Virus record (IMG/VR): IMGVR_UViG_3300006117_000049
Location: 1-24,732 of that record
Length of the DNA: 24,732 nt
Direction: 5' to 3' (one strand)
Origin: a virus
Lineage: Duplodnaviria; Caudoviricetes
Positions within the stretch are counted from its first letter, which is position 1; each line of letters starts with the position of its first letter. Under the pieces are notes generated by a model. The model searched no databases and was not told the DNA's origin. It saw only the letters and a program-made list of their open reading frames with translations. Position numbers and translations under genes: made by a program. This document shows, in pieces, positions 7,332 through 15,861 of this stretch.

Positions 7332-8221
7332 TATCTTGTAAACATTACTCTAGGTGTATTTTGATAAACTGTTTTAAAAAATCTACTGCCAGCTTGATCA
7401 AGATTAGCTATTTCCATTTGGCAATCTATCATTAAATCTCGACCTAGTTGATTAATTAGTGCGGATGCTTCGGCTGGTTCTAGAGTTGATTTTGTTTCTT
7501 CCCAGTAATTAGTCAGCCATTCAAAATCACGAACTTGGCTATAATCCCAATCGGTACACATAGTTTTATAACAACCTTCTCTTGCACCTAGAATAGACCA
7601 AATTCCGTTTTCTACATCAGCACCAACACTAGCCCATATTAGTAATCTATGATAATTTTGCCACCATGTATCTTTTACATTTTTAATTTTGGTACCTCGA
7701 TCCAATGACATCTTAACACCTTCACGGAATCCTGCTCTCCATGCTTGGAAAGGACTGGCATTGGTAAAGCTCTCACTGTAGTTTTCGTTAAACTGATAGT
7801 ATCTGTTATCAAAACAAAATTCTACTTTACCTTGATTGTCATTGGGGTCTGAATTTTCGTGTGTTCGCATTTCATTAACAAACTTGCGTGTCCATAATTT
7901 AAGTCCGCCGTTACCGTACATTAGACCATTTACGTGAACTTTACCGCACCATGAAAATACGTTATCGCTAGTCAATTTTAATTTTTCTAGATCTATTTCA
8001 ACTTCGAGAAATTTAGGGTCTACAATATTATCTGCATCTACTGTAACAAAATACTCTGTATCACTGAGTGCGGCACAGGCTTTATGTGCAGAGTCAGATC
8101 CTTTAACTCCATGTACACGTTTTGCCCACGGTGCTTTAGTTAATAAGTCTGCATAATTTTTTTCAGCGTTTGGCTCATCGTAGCTGAGAAATATAATATC
8201 TTGTTCTATAATTTTAATCAT
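7331..8221 (-). CDS. GT-A fold glycosyltransferase-like protein
   Basis: DIIFLSYDE, RVHGVKGSDSAH, FVTVDAD (DxD), YGNGGLKL, WRAGFRE: motif-for-motif collinear with 6669-7331. Confidence 0.72.
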   Translation of the reverse strand: MIKIIEQDIIFLSYDEPNAEKNYADLLTKAPWAKRVHGVKGSDSAHKACAALSDTEYFVTVDADNIVDPKFLEVEIDLEKLKLTSDNVFSWCGKVHVNGLMYGNGGLKLWTRKFVNEMRTHENSDPNDNQGKVEFCFDNRYYQFNENYSESFTNASPFQAWRAGFREGVKMSLDRGTKIKNVKDTWWQNYHRLLIWASVGADVENGIWSILGAREGCYKTMCTDWDYSQVRDFEWLTNYWEETKSTLEPAEASALINQLGRDLMIDCQMEIANLDQAGSRFFKTVYQNTPRVMFTR

Positions 8222-8801
8222 TTATTTTTAATCCATAACTTTGAAAAAATATCTTTGACGATATCGAAATTTTATCTTTATTTTTTTCTATATTACTAAC
8301 AAAAGGAAATACTAATTTTTCCTCGTTGGCGAAGTCTGCTACATCAATAATTATCGTTCTGATTAAGAAGTCAAAATCATTTTCTAACATAACAAAGAAC
8401 ACAGTCTTTTTAACTGTCTCAGGGTGTATAGTTGAGCGAACTTTATCAGAAATTTCAATCGTCCACTGACTGTTTTTACCATCCCATGTTACTATGCATT
8501 CAGTATTCTTGTTAGGAGGATCTATAATCCATTCAAATACATTACTTCTAAAACCGTATAATTGATCACTTAGCGGCATTAGAGAAAGTACAGTTTTTCC
8601 TTCTGCTGTTTTATTATATCCTACTATAAAATCTCCAAACGATTTTTGACCGTTGATAAAATTTTCATAGTCAGCATAAGTTATTTCAATACTGTCAGGC
8701 TGGCTTTCATGCTTTTCAGGTGCGACTGCATAAATTTTGCCACTGTCTTTTTTATAATGAGCCCAATACTGTGGACCGGATGATTGTTTTTTACGAGCCA
8801 C
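8214..8801 (-). CDS. hypothetical protein; N-terminus resembles tail-fibre assembly (Tfa-like) proteins
   Basis: Overlaps both GT neighbours. YWAHY...GKIY...PDSIEITYADYENFINGQ recalls the Tfa-type P.D.(V/I)EI...Y.....GQ pattern (by eye only). The ORF is secure; the function is tentative. Confidence 0.5.
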   Translation of the reverse strand: MARKKQSSGPQYWAHYKKDSGKIYAVAPEKHESQPDSIEITYADYENFINGQKSFGDFIVGYNKTAEGKTVLSLMPLSDQLYGFRSNVFEWIIDPPNKNTECIVTWDGKNSQWTIEISDKVRSTIHPETVKKTVFFVMLENDFDFLIRTIIIDVADFANEEKLVFPFVSNIEKNKDKISISSKIFFQSYGLKIND

Positions 8802-9648
8802 TTGCTAGATTCTCCAGTCGTGCTAACAGCCGTTTTGTTAAAAAGTTTTTTTCTACGTAGTGAAACAATTTATCTTGTTTTATATTACCTACTACTAATT
8901 CTCCGCGAGTATTATATATGTAAGGTACAGTATCTTGCCAACTAGAAGGTGTAGGTGTCCAATTCTGTATCAAGGGTTTCATATGGACAAACTCTAAGGG
9001 AGAAACATTATCTATAACATATTCATGCCTTCCGGCAATTTCTATAGCAACGGCTGCGGCAAGATCCATACTAAGCCAATTTTGATAATTATCGGATGCA
9101 AATCGATCCCAACACCATTCCCAATTATTACAAACAAATTCTAGAACTTTGTAAAATTCATAAGCCGCTTGATTCTTTTTAAAATAATGTAGAGCAAAAT
9201 ATGGATTAGTTAGCTTATTAGAAATAAAAGTTTTTCGATGGAATTTATCTTGATATATTGTTTCTAATTTATAGTTTTTTACTCTTGAACAAAATTTAAC
9301 ATCAAAATTTTCACAGTATTTCCACCAGGTACTAATGTCATCCAACATAAGCATATCGGTATCTAGTACAATAGTCTCCTCATAAGGCGTAGCATAATAA
9401 AATTTCCAGCGATGTTCTGCTGCTAATCCATTTACCGGTGTATCTGTATACCATGGAATTGGTATTATCTGATCAAACACCTTAGAATATTTTTTAGGGA
9501 CTTTACAATTAGTAATTAGTGATACAGATTTGATATCTGATTGACTGTTTTGTATACTCAACGCAAGAGCATACGCCTGCTCTACATAATTTACACTATC
9601 AGTATTTTGAGCAAATAATAAAAATCCTTTAGACACCTGAGCCTCCAT
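8791..9648 (-). CDS. GT-A glycosyltransferase-like protein (GT8/nucleotide-diphospho-sugar transferase-like)
   Basis: GFLLFAQN..YVEQAYALALSI, VSLITN, FDQIIPI, TPYEETIVLDTDML (DxD), WLSMDLA, FVHMK. Confidence 0.78.
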   Translation of the reverse strand: MEAQVSKGFLLFAQNTDSVNYVEQAYALALSIQNSQSDIKSVSLITNCKVPKKYSKVFDQIIPIPWYTDTPVNGLAAEHRWKFYYATPYEETIVLDTDMLMLDDISTWWKYCENFDVKFCSRVKNYKLETIYQDKFHRKTFISNKLTNPYFALHYFKKNQAAYEFYKVLEFVCNNWEWCWDRFASDNYQNWLSMDLAAAVAIEIAGRHEYVIDNVSPLEFVHMKPLIQNWTPTPSSWQDTVPYIYNTRGELVVGNIKQDKLFHYVEKNFLTKRLLARLENLASGS

Positions 9649-10477
9649 CTATATATCGGCTTAGACTAAATTTATTCATCACGTGTACATCTAGTCCTGT
9701 AGTTTTTACTAGGGTGTATTCGCCAACACAGTCTTTCTTTTCGACAAGAAATTTCATTTTATTTCCATCAGTACTGACAAGTAAATCAGTATCCAACGCA
9801 TAGACCATTTTTCCCGGAAGTTCTTTGGCAAAGTTTCCAGATGATTTCCCATTCATGATATGAATAGCCATGCTAAAAGCAAAGTCATTTCTAAATACAT
9901 GACTATTAATGTTATATAAAGTTTTAAAATAAATCCAGTTTTCTTTTATATGCCCTATTAGATCAAAAAATGCTTGAGTAGTTGTATTCTTTCTAAAAAC
10001 AAATACCGTTGCCCAATAAAACGGAATTGAATATTGATTGATTCTTTTAAAATCACTAAAGTCTCGATCCAATGCTAAATCAAAACTATTTTGATATATT
10101 TGAAAATCATAATCATTATTAAAGGCATTTGACAAGATTGAAGAATTTATAACATAATCACTATCTAATACCAGTGTTGTATCATAAGGAGTTAGCTCGT
10201 AGACAGAGCTACGACTTTGATTTTTCCAGTCCGATACTCTCGATGATAAACTACCGTCATAGAACTTTTTTTGTTGGATGAAAGGAGTAGAATTAATTAT
10301 GAGTATTTGATCAAAAGGGTGATCGGGATAGTTGTCTAATAGCCAGGCTGGGCTGTCAGTTATTAGACTCACTGGAATTTCTAAATATTCTTTTACTCGT
10401 CTGGCAGCAAATACAGCTAATTTAATATAGTCAGTGGCTGCATTATTTTGAGCAAATAGTAATGCGCCTACAGTCAT
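9629..10477 (-). CDS. GT-A glycosyltransferase-like protein (paralogue of 8791-9648)
   Basis: GALLFAQN..DYIKLA, VSLITD, FDQILII, TPYDTTLVLDSDY (DxD), FRNDFAFS, VHVMNK. Confidence 0.78.
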   Translation of the reverse strand: MTVGALLFAQNNAATDYIKLAVFAARRVKEYLEIPVSLITDSPAWLLDNYPDHPFDQILIINSTPFIQQKKFYDGSLSSRVSDWKNQSRSSVYELTPYDTTLVLDSDYVINSSILSNAFNNDYDFQIYQNSFDLALDRDFSDFKRINQYSIPFYWATVFVFRKNTTTQAFFDLIGHIKENWIYFKTLYNINSHVFRNDFAFSMAIHIMNGKSSGNFAKELPGKMVYALDTDLLVSTDGNKMKFLVEKKDCVGEYTLVKTTGLDVHVMNKFSLSRYIDGGSGV

Positions 10478-10824
10478 AGTTCAACGATGTCTGAAATTTT
10501 TCTTTTCTTTTTAATTTCAGCATACTTTGTTGTATATTCATTCACTGCTTCAAAATATACCGAAACTACATTATCCAAAAATTCTTGTACATCAGCGACT
10601 ACTACAGGGAAATCGTTTGCATCTAAAAATGGAACATCTGATGTGTATCCTAGATCTAATACCGTTTTAATAAAGGCTATTAGTTCAGGAGATACTTTAA
10701 ATGTTGCACCATTAAAATAATAAACTAATTTTTGACTATATTCTTCTAAAGCAACTCTTCTTTGGTTTGCTAGTGTGGTTGCAAAATTGGCCACTGCAAA
10801 TGCTTTTTCGATTCTTTCATCCAT
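10474..10824 (-). CDS. helical protein resembling DUF4376-type tail-fibre chaperones
   Basis: GGAG RBS; directly after the last fibre gene. Layout: long helix, YYFNGATFKV, FLDANDFPV.V, long helix ending AEIKKKRKISDIVEL. Resemblance is by eye. Confidence 0.5.
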   Translation of the reverse strand: MDERIEKAFAVANFATTLANQRRVALEEYSQKLVYYFNGATFKVSPELIAFIKTVLDLGYTSDVPFLDANDFPVVVADVQEFLDNVVSVYFEAVNEYTTKYAEIKKKRKISDIVEL

Positions 10825-10834
10825 AGAAAACTCC

Positions 10835-10886
10835 GTAGTATACGATAATACACTACAGTAGTTAGCTTGTCAATGATGTATACTAC
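10835..10886. repeat. 9-bp perfect inverted repeat bracketing the promoter
   Basis: GTAGTATAC (10835-10843) and GTATACTAC (10878-10886). Confidence 0.85.
10845..10873 (-). promoter_or_regulatory. sigma70-type promoter of the glycosyltransferase operon
   Basis: Minus strand TTGACA (10873-10868), 17-nt spacer, TATTAT (10850-10845); GGAG RBS 10834-10831, ATG 10824. Confidence 0.8.
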
Positions 10887-10898
10887 CAAAGTCCTGGT

Positions 10899-12410
10899 TT
10901 AAGGTCCGGTAGATGTTATTCCAGTTGGAGTCGCAGCAATGAAATTACCAACATAACTGGTAGTCGATATCGTTGCAAATGGGCTTAGAGAATTACCAGC
11001 TAGTGTAACTGAGCTACTAGTTGGATATTGTAGTTTAACAATACTGTCTAGCTGACCAATAACGTCTTCGTCGATATCCCAAACGTTAGTATTTCCTTTT
11101 TGGTAGTCTTCTGAACCGCCGGCTTGGAATGTAACACTAGAACTACCGCTAGTTAACCCAGTTACTACAACACCAGCCATAGCATTATCAAATGTAGTTG
11201 ATAACGTCACTGCATTACCGGCAACGCTTGCTACAAAGTAACCACTCTGAGCTGCACCAGTGCCGCCGCTGTTTATAAAACCAGTTTCGCCTGCGGCAGG
11301 AGCTGCTGGCAATCCGTTTGTAGCTCCTGAAAAGAATATTTCAGTACCTACAGTAATACCACTGGTAGTACTTAAAGTAACTGTACTAGGTGCAATGGTG
11401 CCAGTAACGCTGCCAGTTGCAACCGGAACGTTTGATGACAAATCCCTAAAACTGATAGTAAAAGATAATGTGGTTTGTGTAGCAGCATCTAGTGTACCAT
11501 AGATGTCATATTGATTCGGTGCATACAAGTATGGACCAGTTGAACCACTGCTTGTATAACCTATACTGTATAATCTGTAAGCAGTTCCTGGATTGGCCAA
11601 TAGTTGACTCCATCCGTTGCTTGTGCCATTACCTGTGGTATTTTGACCAACTGAATTAAATCCACTAGCACCGTAATAACTAAAAGTTATAGTTCCCATG
11701 GTGCTTAGTAAAGTTGCCCAAGATGCATTTTTAGTAGTTGATGCACCTGTACCTGCAAATCTTGCGGCAAATGTAACACTACCACCTGCATTAAAGAAAT
11801 ATTTTGCAGCTAATGCACTAGTAAATTGTAATGATAGCAAATGCTGAACTGTAGGAATGTTTGATTCAGTTACTACAGGAGCAGTACTATTTGTTTTCCC
11901 GCCCCAAGCTGCTGTTCGAGAAGCAACAACGGCTGGATTATCGCTAGACGCACCGGTGATTGTCACCGTGCCGTATTGGCCACTTGGTGCTATAACATAG
12001 CATCCTGGGGTTGCTGGTCTGTTTACACTAGGACTAAAACCATTGTATGTTCCGCCGGTAGTAGGACTTGTACTAGATAACTGTTGCGCCAATTGCAAAT
12101 ATGCATTTCTGTCTCTTGCAGTAATTGATCCTGTAGTAGTTGCTACAGTTAATAGAGGATCTTGTCCACTACTACCAACTTGATGGAAATATAAAGCATA
12201 TAAATCTCGCTGCAATTGATTCCACTGTGAGGCATAAATGGTTTTATTATTTGTTTTACCAACTGGAAGATTTGGAACAGGTTGACTTGTTGGAGTGGTT
12301 CCGTAGCCACCGGTTCCAGTACCCATGATGCCATTAATTAATGACTGAATAGTATTGTAATCATTCGCTGCAATTAAATCACCTACGCTATTTGGACTAG
12401 AACCTGCCAT
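10899..12410 (-). CDS. virion structural/tail-fibre-associated protein (503 aa, Thr/Ser/Gly-rich)
   Basis: In the fibre cluster; VGDLIAANDYNTIQ, TIYASQWNQL, AKYFFNAGG motifs; GAGGG RBS; ATAAATA upstream. Confidence 0.7.
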   Translation of the reverse strand: MAGSSPNSVGDLIAANDYNTIQSLINGIMGTGTGGYGTTPTSQPVPNLPVGKTNNKTIYASQWNQLQRDLYALYFHQVGSSGQDPLLTVATTTGSITARDRNAYLQLAQQLSSTSPTTGGTYNGFSPSVNRPATPGCYVIAPSGQYGTVTITGASSDNPAVVASRTAAWGGKTNSTAPVVTESNIPTVQHLLSLQFTSALAAKYFFNAGGSVTFAARFAGTGASTTKNASWATLLSTMGTITFSYYGASGFNSVGQNTTGNGTSNGWSQLLANPGTAYRLYSIGYTSSGSTGPYLYAPNQYDIYGTLDAATQTTLSFTISFRDLSSNVPVATGSVTGTIAPSTVTLSTTSGITVGTEIFFSGATNGLPAAPAAGETGFINSGGTGAAQSGYFVASVAGNAVTLSTTFDNAMAGVVVTGLTSGSSSVTFQAGGSEDYQKGNTNVWDIDEDVIGQLDSIVKLQYPTSSSVTLAGNSLSPFATISTTSYVGNFIAATPTGITSTGP

Positions 12411-12432
12411 TTTTACCCTCTTTTCTTTAAGC

Positions 12433-12439
12433 TATTTAT
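12433..12439 (-). promoter_or_regulatory. putative late promoter ATAAATA
   Basis: TATTTAT on the + strand in a 32-nt gap, about 22 nt before ATG 12410. Confidence 0.55.
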
Positions 12440-12442
12440 TTT

Positions 12443-13936
12443 TTACAAAATTACACATTCGACTAATCTGATATCCTCAGAATCACTATCTTCTAATGAC
12501 ACTGCAAATACACCAGGTATAGTGTAATCTGTAGCAGTTCTTCCGTAACCGCTACCAGTAGAAATTAATAAATCGCCCTTACATACTGGTCCAATTATCT
12601 TAACTGGTACACGACCTTTTAGTGCAACATAAGTTCCACCTTCTAGATCTTTATTCATCATAAATGCTGGATTAGTACTTATTACACCGATTGGGAAATC
12701 TCCGTAACCAGCAGCACGTATTTCAGCAGGGCCACCTACACATACTACTGTTCCTGGATCATATTCTTGATCTGCTAGATATTTTTCTGCTAAGTCGGCG
12801 TATTGTGCTGATGTTGCTGTTCCTGAAAATACGTTGGCTGCAAGATTTCCGCTAGTATCTCTCATGGCTGCATTTACTACACCTGGATTTACTGCAATAC
12901 TTCCGCCAGCATATAATCCGCCGCCGTAGCCAATTTTATCAGCTTGTTGGACTGTGCCATTATAGTATTGCGCATACACTTGTCCCCATGGCTGAGATAT
13001 ACTTCCTAAATTAGAATATACACTTCCACCGCTAGCACCTGGCAAACAATCATTGCCCTTTAATGTTAGTGGTTGAGTTTGTTGATTATTCTGTTTAGTT
13101 AAAAAATAAATTGTATCGTTAGCTGTATTTTGAATTGTAGGATAGGTATTACTAGCATTATATACTGACAATTTAGAAGGACTACCTACAGTATATCCCT
13201 GATCAGTAAAATTAATAACAGTATTAAAACTTGATTGACTACTAGTCAAATAACTACTTGCAGGTATTCCACCTAGTGAATCTGCATCGGCTGCTGTACC
13301 CCAGAATCTGTGATTAGTAGTAGTGTGCCCCGGATGATTTAAATCATCCATTGTGTTAATTAGAGTAATACCTTGGTGTATTCTTAAGAATCCATTAATA
13401 GGATTAGCAGTTGTATCCAACTGGAAATCATCTGAACTGATTACAAAAATTGTATTACCGTTTGCAACACCTTTAATAATTGAGTGGGTTCCATCTAAAC
13501 CTTGAACGGTAGCAGAAACCATATTTGTTAAATTTGTGCCTGCTGCCTGTGGTCCAATTAACTGATATGGAATTTGGGAATTACCAGTGTAGGCATATAG
13601 CTGATTGCTGTCTGTCTTAAAGAATAAATCGCCAACACTTTGACCGCTAGGGAATGTTGTACCAATTTCTGCACCACTAGCTGTACGGAACTTACTACCA
13701 TCGTAGAAACGTATTCTCTGTAGACCAGAATCAAACCATAACTGTCCAGCTATTGGGTTTGGAGGTGCACTTGTATTAGCAAAATTTTCAAGCAAATATA
13801 CAAAATTTTCATTTTGTACTGGACCATATCCAGCATAATTTTTACCGATTAGGGTAATATCATGGGACGAATCAACCGTGCCATCGGCCACCGTTGTAAG
13901 TAACGTTCCGTTATAATGATTGATTGTATATGACAT
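12443..13936 (-). CDS. tail fibre/spike with C-terminal intramolecular-chaperone (peptidase G2-like) domain
   Basis: Shared N-terminal adaptor (LIGKNYAGYG..NENFVYLLENFA..P..GQLWFD); C-terminus YADLAEKY...PGTVV...IGVIST.PA...VALKGRVPVK..GPV.KGDLL. Confidence 0.75.
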   Translation of the reverse strand: MSYTINHYNGTLLTTVADGTVDSSHDITLIGKNYAGYGPVQNENFVYLLENFANTSAPPNPIAGQLWFDSGLQRIRFYDGSKFRTASGAEIGTTFPSGQSVGDLFFKTDSNQLYAYTGNSQIPYQLIGPQAAGTNLTNMVSATVQGLDGTHSIIKGVANGNTIFVISSDDFQLDTTANPINGFLRIHQGITLINTMDDLNHPGHTTTNHRFWGTAADADSLGGIPASSYLTSSQSSFNTVINFTDQGYTVGSPSKLSVYNASNTYPTIQNTANDTIYFLTKQNNQQTQPLTLKGNDCLPGASGGSVYSNLGSISQPWGQVYAQYYNGTVQQADKIGYGGGLYAGGSIAVNPGVVNAAMRDTSGNLAANVFSGTATSAQYADLAEKYLADQEYDPGTVVCVGGPAEIRAAGYGDFPIGVISTNPAFMMNKDLEGGTYVALKGRVPVKIIGPVCKGDLLISTGSGYGRTATDYTIPGVFAVSLEDSDSEDIRLVECVIL

Positions 13937-13961
13937 GTTTCGCTCGTTCCTTATTTTAGAG

Positions 13962-13968
13962 TATTTAT
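13962..13968 (-). promoter_or_regulatory. putative late promoter ATAAATA
   Basis: TATTTAT on the + strand in the intergenic gap, about 25 nt before ATG 13936; AAGGA RBS between. Confidence 0.55.
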
Positions 13969-13989
13969 GCTATTTTGCATTAAAAAAAA

Positions 13990-15861
13990 TTAAGCTGTTA
14001 CTGATTTAATCACAGCAAATTGCAAGACAATCGGCTCTGATAGTGTAACTGATGATAAATTATGCACAAAAATCGTTGCAGATCCAGCAGCTGGTGTAGT
14101 AGCAAAAGAATATGCTCCTAATGTTCCGCCAGAACAATGATTGACTAAAACTAGATCTGTTGCAGAAATTGCACTGTTTGTTAGGGTAAATTGTATAATA
14201 GCACCGGATGATAAACTGGCAGAATTCATAGTAATCTGGCCATTAATTGTATTTAATGTAACACCGTTACCTTTAGTAACTCCTTGAGTTACAGTACCAC
14301 CGGATCCTGTAGCATATCCTATTCCAGCTATAGGACTATTAGAAACTATTGATCCAGATGATGTTAGACTGTTTAAAGTTCCTACACTCTGTAAACTAGA
14401 GTTGATTACGCTGCTGCCTAATGTGGTAGAATTCAATACAGGATTGGTGCCAATTTTATATGCTTTACCTGAAGCTAAATCTATATTTTCACTACTTGTC
14501 CATGAGGCAGTTGCAGAGCTCCACTGCAATGTTTTATCTGACCCGCCCTTAATTATAAATCCAGCACCATTGGCTGTAATGTCAGAAGGACTGCTTGTGT
14601 GAGCAAGAGTTATTGTATAGTCTTCAAGGTCTACTGTGGCTGTATTTTTACTAGTTGTTGTACCGTTAACTGTTAAATTTCCTTCAATAATAACAGTTCC
14701 AGGGCTAGCACTTGTGCCAACGTGTAATGTTGCAGCCGGTGTTGAGTTGTATAGACCAATATACTGATCTCTAGCATCAATAAAGACTGCATTGTTTGAT
14801 CCATTAGTACTGCTTTCTAATCCGATAACAAAATTTTGATCTGTTGAATTACTTTGTACTGTGAACGTGCCAGATGAAACATTAAATTCTGTATTACTGC
14901 TAGGTCCTAAAATTAATTGTGTCGATGAGTTAGAATTAGCAATAGTTAATTTGCCGCTAGCGAAATTATCTCCAGAAATTTGTAAGAAGTTTTGTGCATT
15001 TTTAAGACTACCGTCAGCTGCAATAAGATTGTTTGCCTGAGACACTGGTACATTAAACTCTATTCCAGTAAGTCCACTAGCAGTAAATCCAATATTAATC
15101 GATCCCAAGGCTGCGGTAATTGTTGTTGAAGCAACCGTGGCACTAGTACTTACTGTATAAGTTCCAGTGTTGCCATTTCCTGTACCAAATCCTGTAATAG
15201 TTGTTCCTGGAGGTATGTTAGATCCAACAAGTACCATTCCCTGAGCAATAATGCCTGCTGTGACGTTTGTCACAGTTAATGTTGAACCACTTTGGCTAGC
15301 ATTAAATGTAGCTAGTTTATTGAATCCAGAGATACTAGTTGAAGGTGTAAATGCGTCTTTACTATAAATTCCTAATAATGTGTTAGCAACATACATTAAA
15401 ACTACTGTATGACTTTTTAAATTTGTATCTAAAATATCTTCTACGATAAATCCGCAAGGTCCCTGTGCGCTAGTATATATTGGTCCAGCTAAAAAGTTTG
15501 CAAGGCCATCATTAAAATATAACTGTCCAGTGGTGCTGTTAATCCATAGGTCACCAGTGGTCAATGAGCTAGGAACAGTGGGTGCAACTAAAGTTCCTCC
15601 ACTGACTTTAAAACTACTGCCATCATATACTTTTAGTCGTTGTTCGCTTGTATCATACCATAACTGTCCCGGTATTGGATGACTTGGTTGAACATCGTTA
15701 GCAAAATTTTCTAGTAACCATACAAAGTTATCATTAATAAAAGTACCGTACGAGGTAGAATTTTTTCCAATTAACGTTAAATTGGTAGCTGTCTGATCAA
15801 TAGTGCTATCTTGTACTACAGTTAGCAGATCACCGTTAGTTTTAAGTATTGAATAGCTCAT
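13990..15861 (-). CDS. tail fibre protein (623 aa)
   Basis: Same N-terminal adaptor (LIGKN...NDNFVWLLENFA..P..GQLWYD); fibre motifs IGLYNSTPAATLHV, GNLTVNGTTT, SSLQSVGTLNSL; distinct C-terminal beta domain. Confidence 0.78.
   Translation of the reverse strand: MSYSILKTNGDLLTVVQDSTIDQTATNLTLIGKNSTSYGTFINDNFVWLLENFANDVQPSHPIPGQLWYDTSEQRLKVYDGSSFKVSGGTLVAPTVPSSLTTGDLWINSTTGQLYFNDGLANFLAGPIYTSAQGPCGFIVEDILDTNLKSHTVVLMYVANTLLGIYSKDAFTPSTSISGFNKLATFNASQSGSTLTVTNVTAGIIAQGMVLVGSNIPPGTTITGFGTGNGNTGTYTVSTSATVASTTITAALGSINIGFTASGLTGIEFNVPVSQANNLIAADGSLKNAQNFLQISGDNFASGKLTIANSNSSTQLILGPSSNTEFNVSSGTFTVQSNSTDQNFVIGLESSTNGSNNAVFIDARDQYIGLYNSTPAATLHVGTSASPGTVIIEGNLTVNGTTTSKNTATVDLEDYTITLAHTSSPSDITANGAGFIIKGGSDKTLQWSSATASWTSSENIDLASGKAYKIGTNPVLNSTTLGSSVINSSLQSVGTLNSLTSSGSIVSNSPIAGIGYATGSGGTVTQGVTKGNGVTLNTINGQITMNSASLSSGAIIQFTLTNSAISATDLVLVNHCSGGTLGAYSFATTPAAGSATIFVHNLSSVTLSEPIVLQFAVIKSVTA

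Noticed and set aside
13969-13989. Possible terminator after the 623-aa fibre (T-run on the - strand)
   Set aside because: The T-run comes before, not after, the only weak 4-bp stem; not an intrinsic terminator layout.
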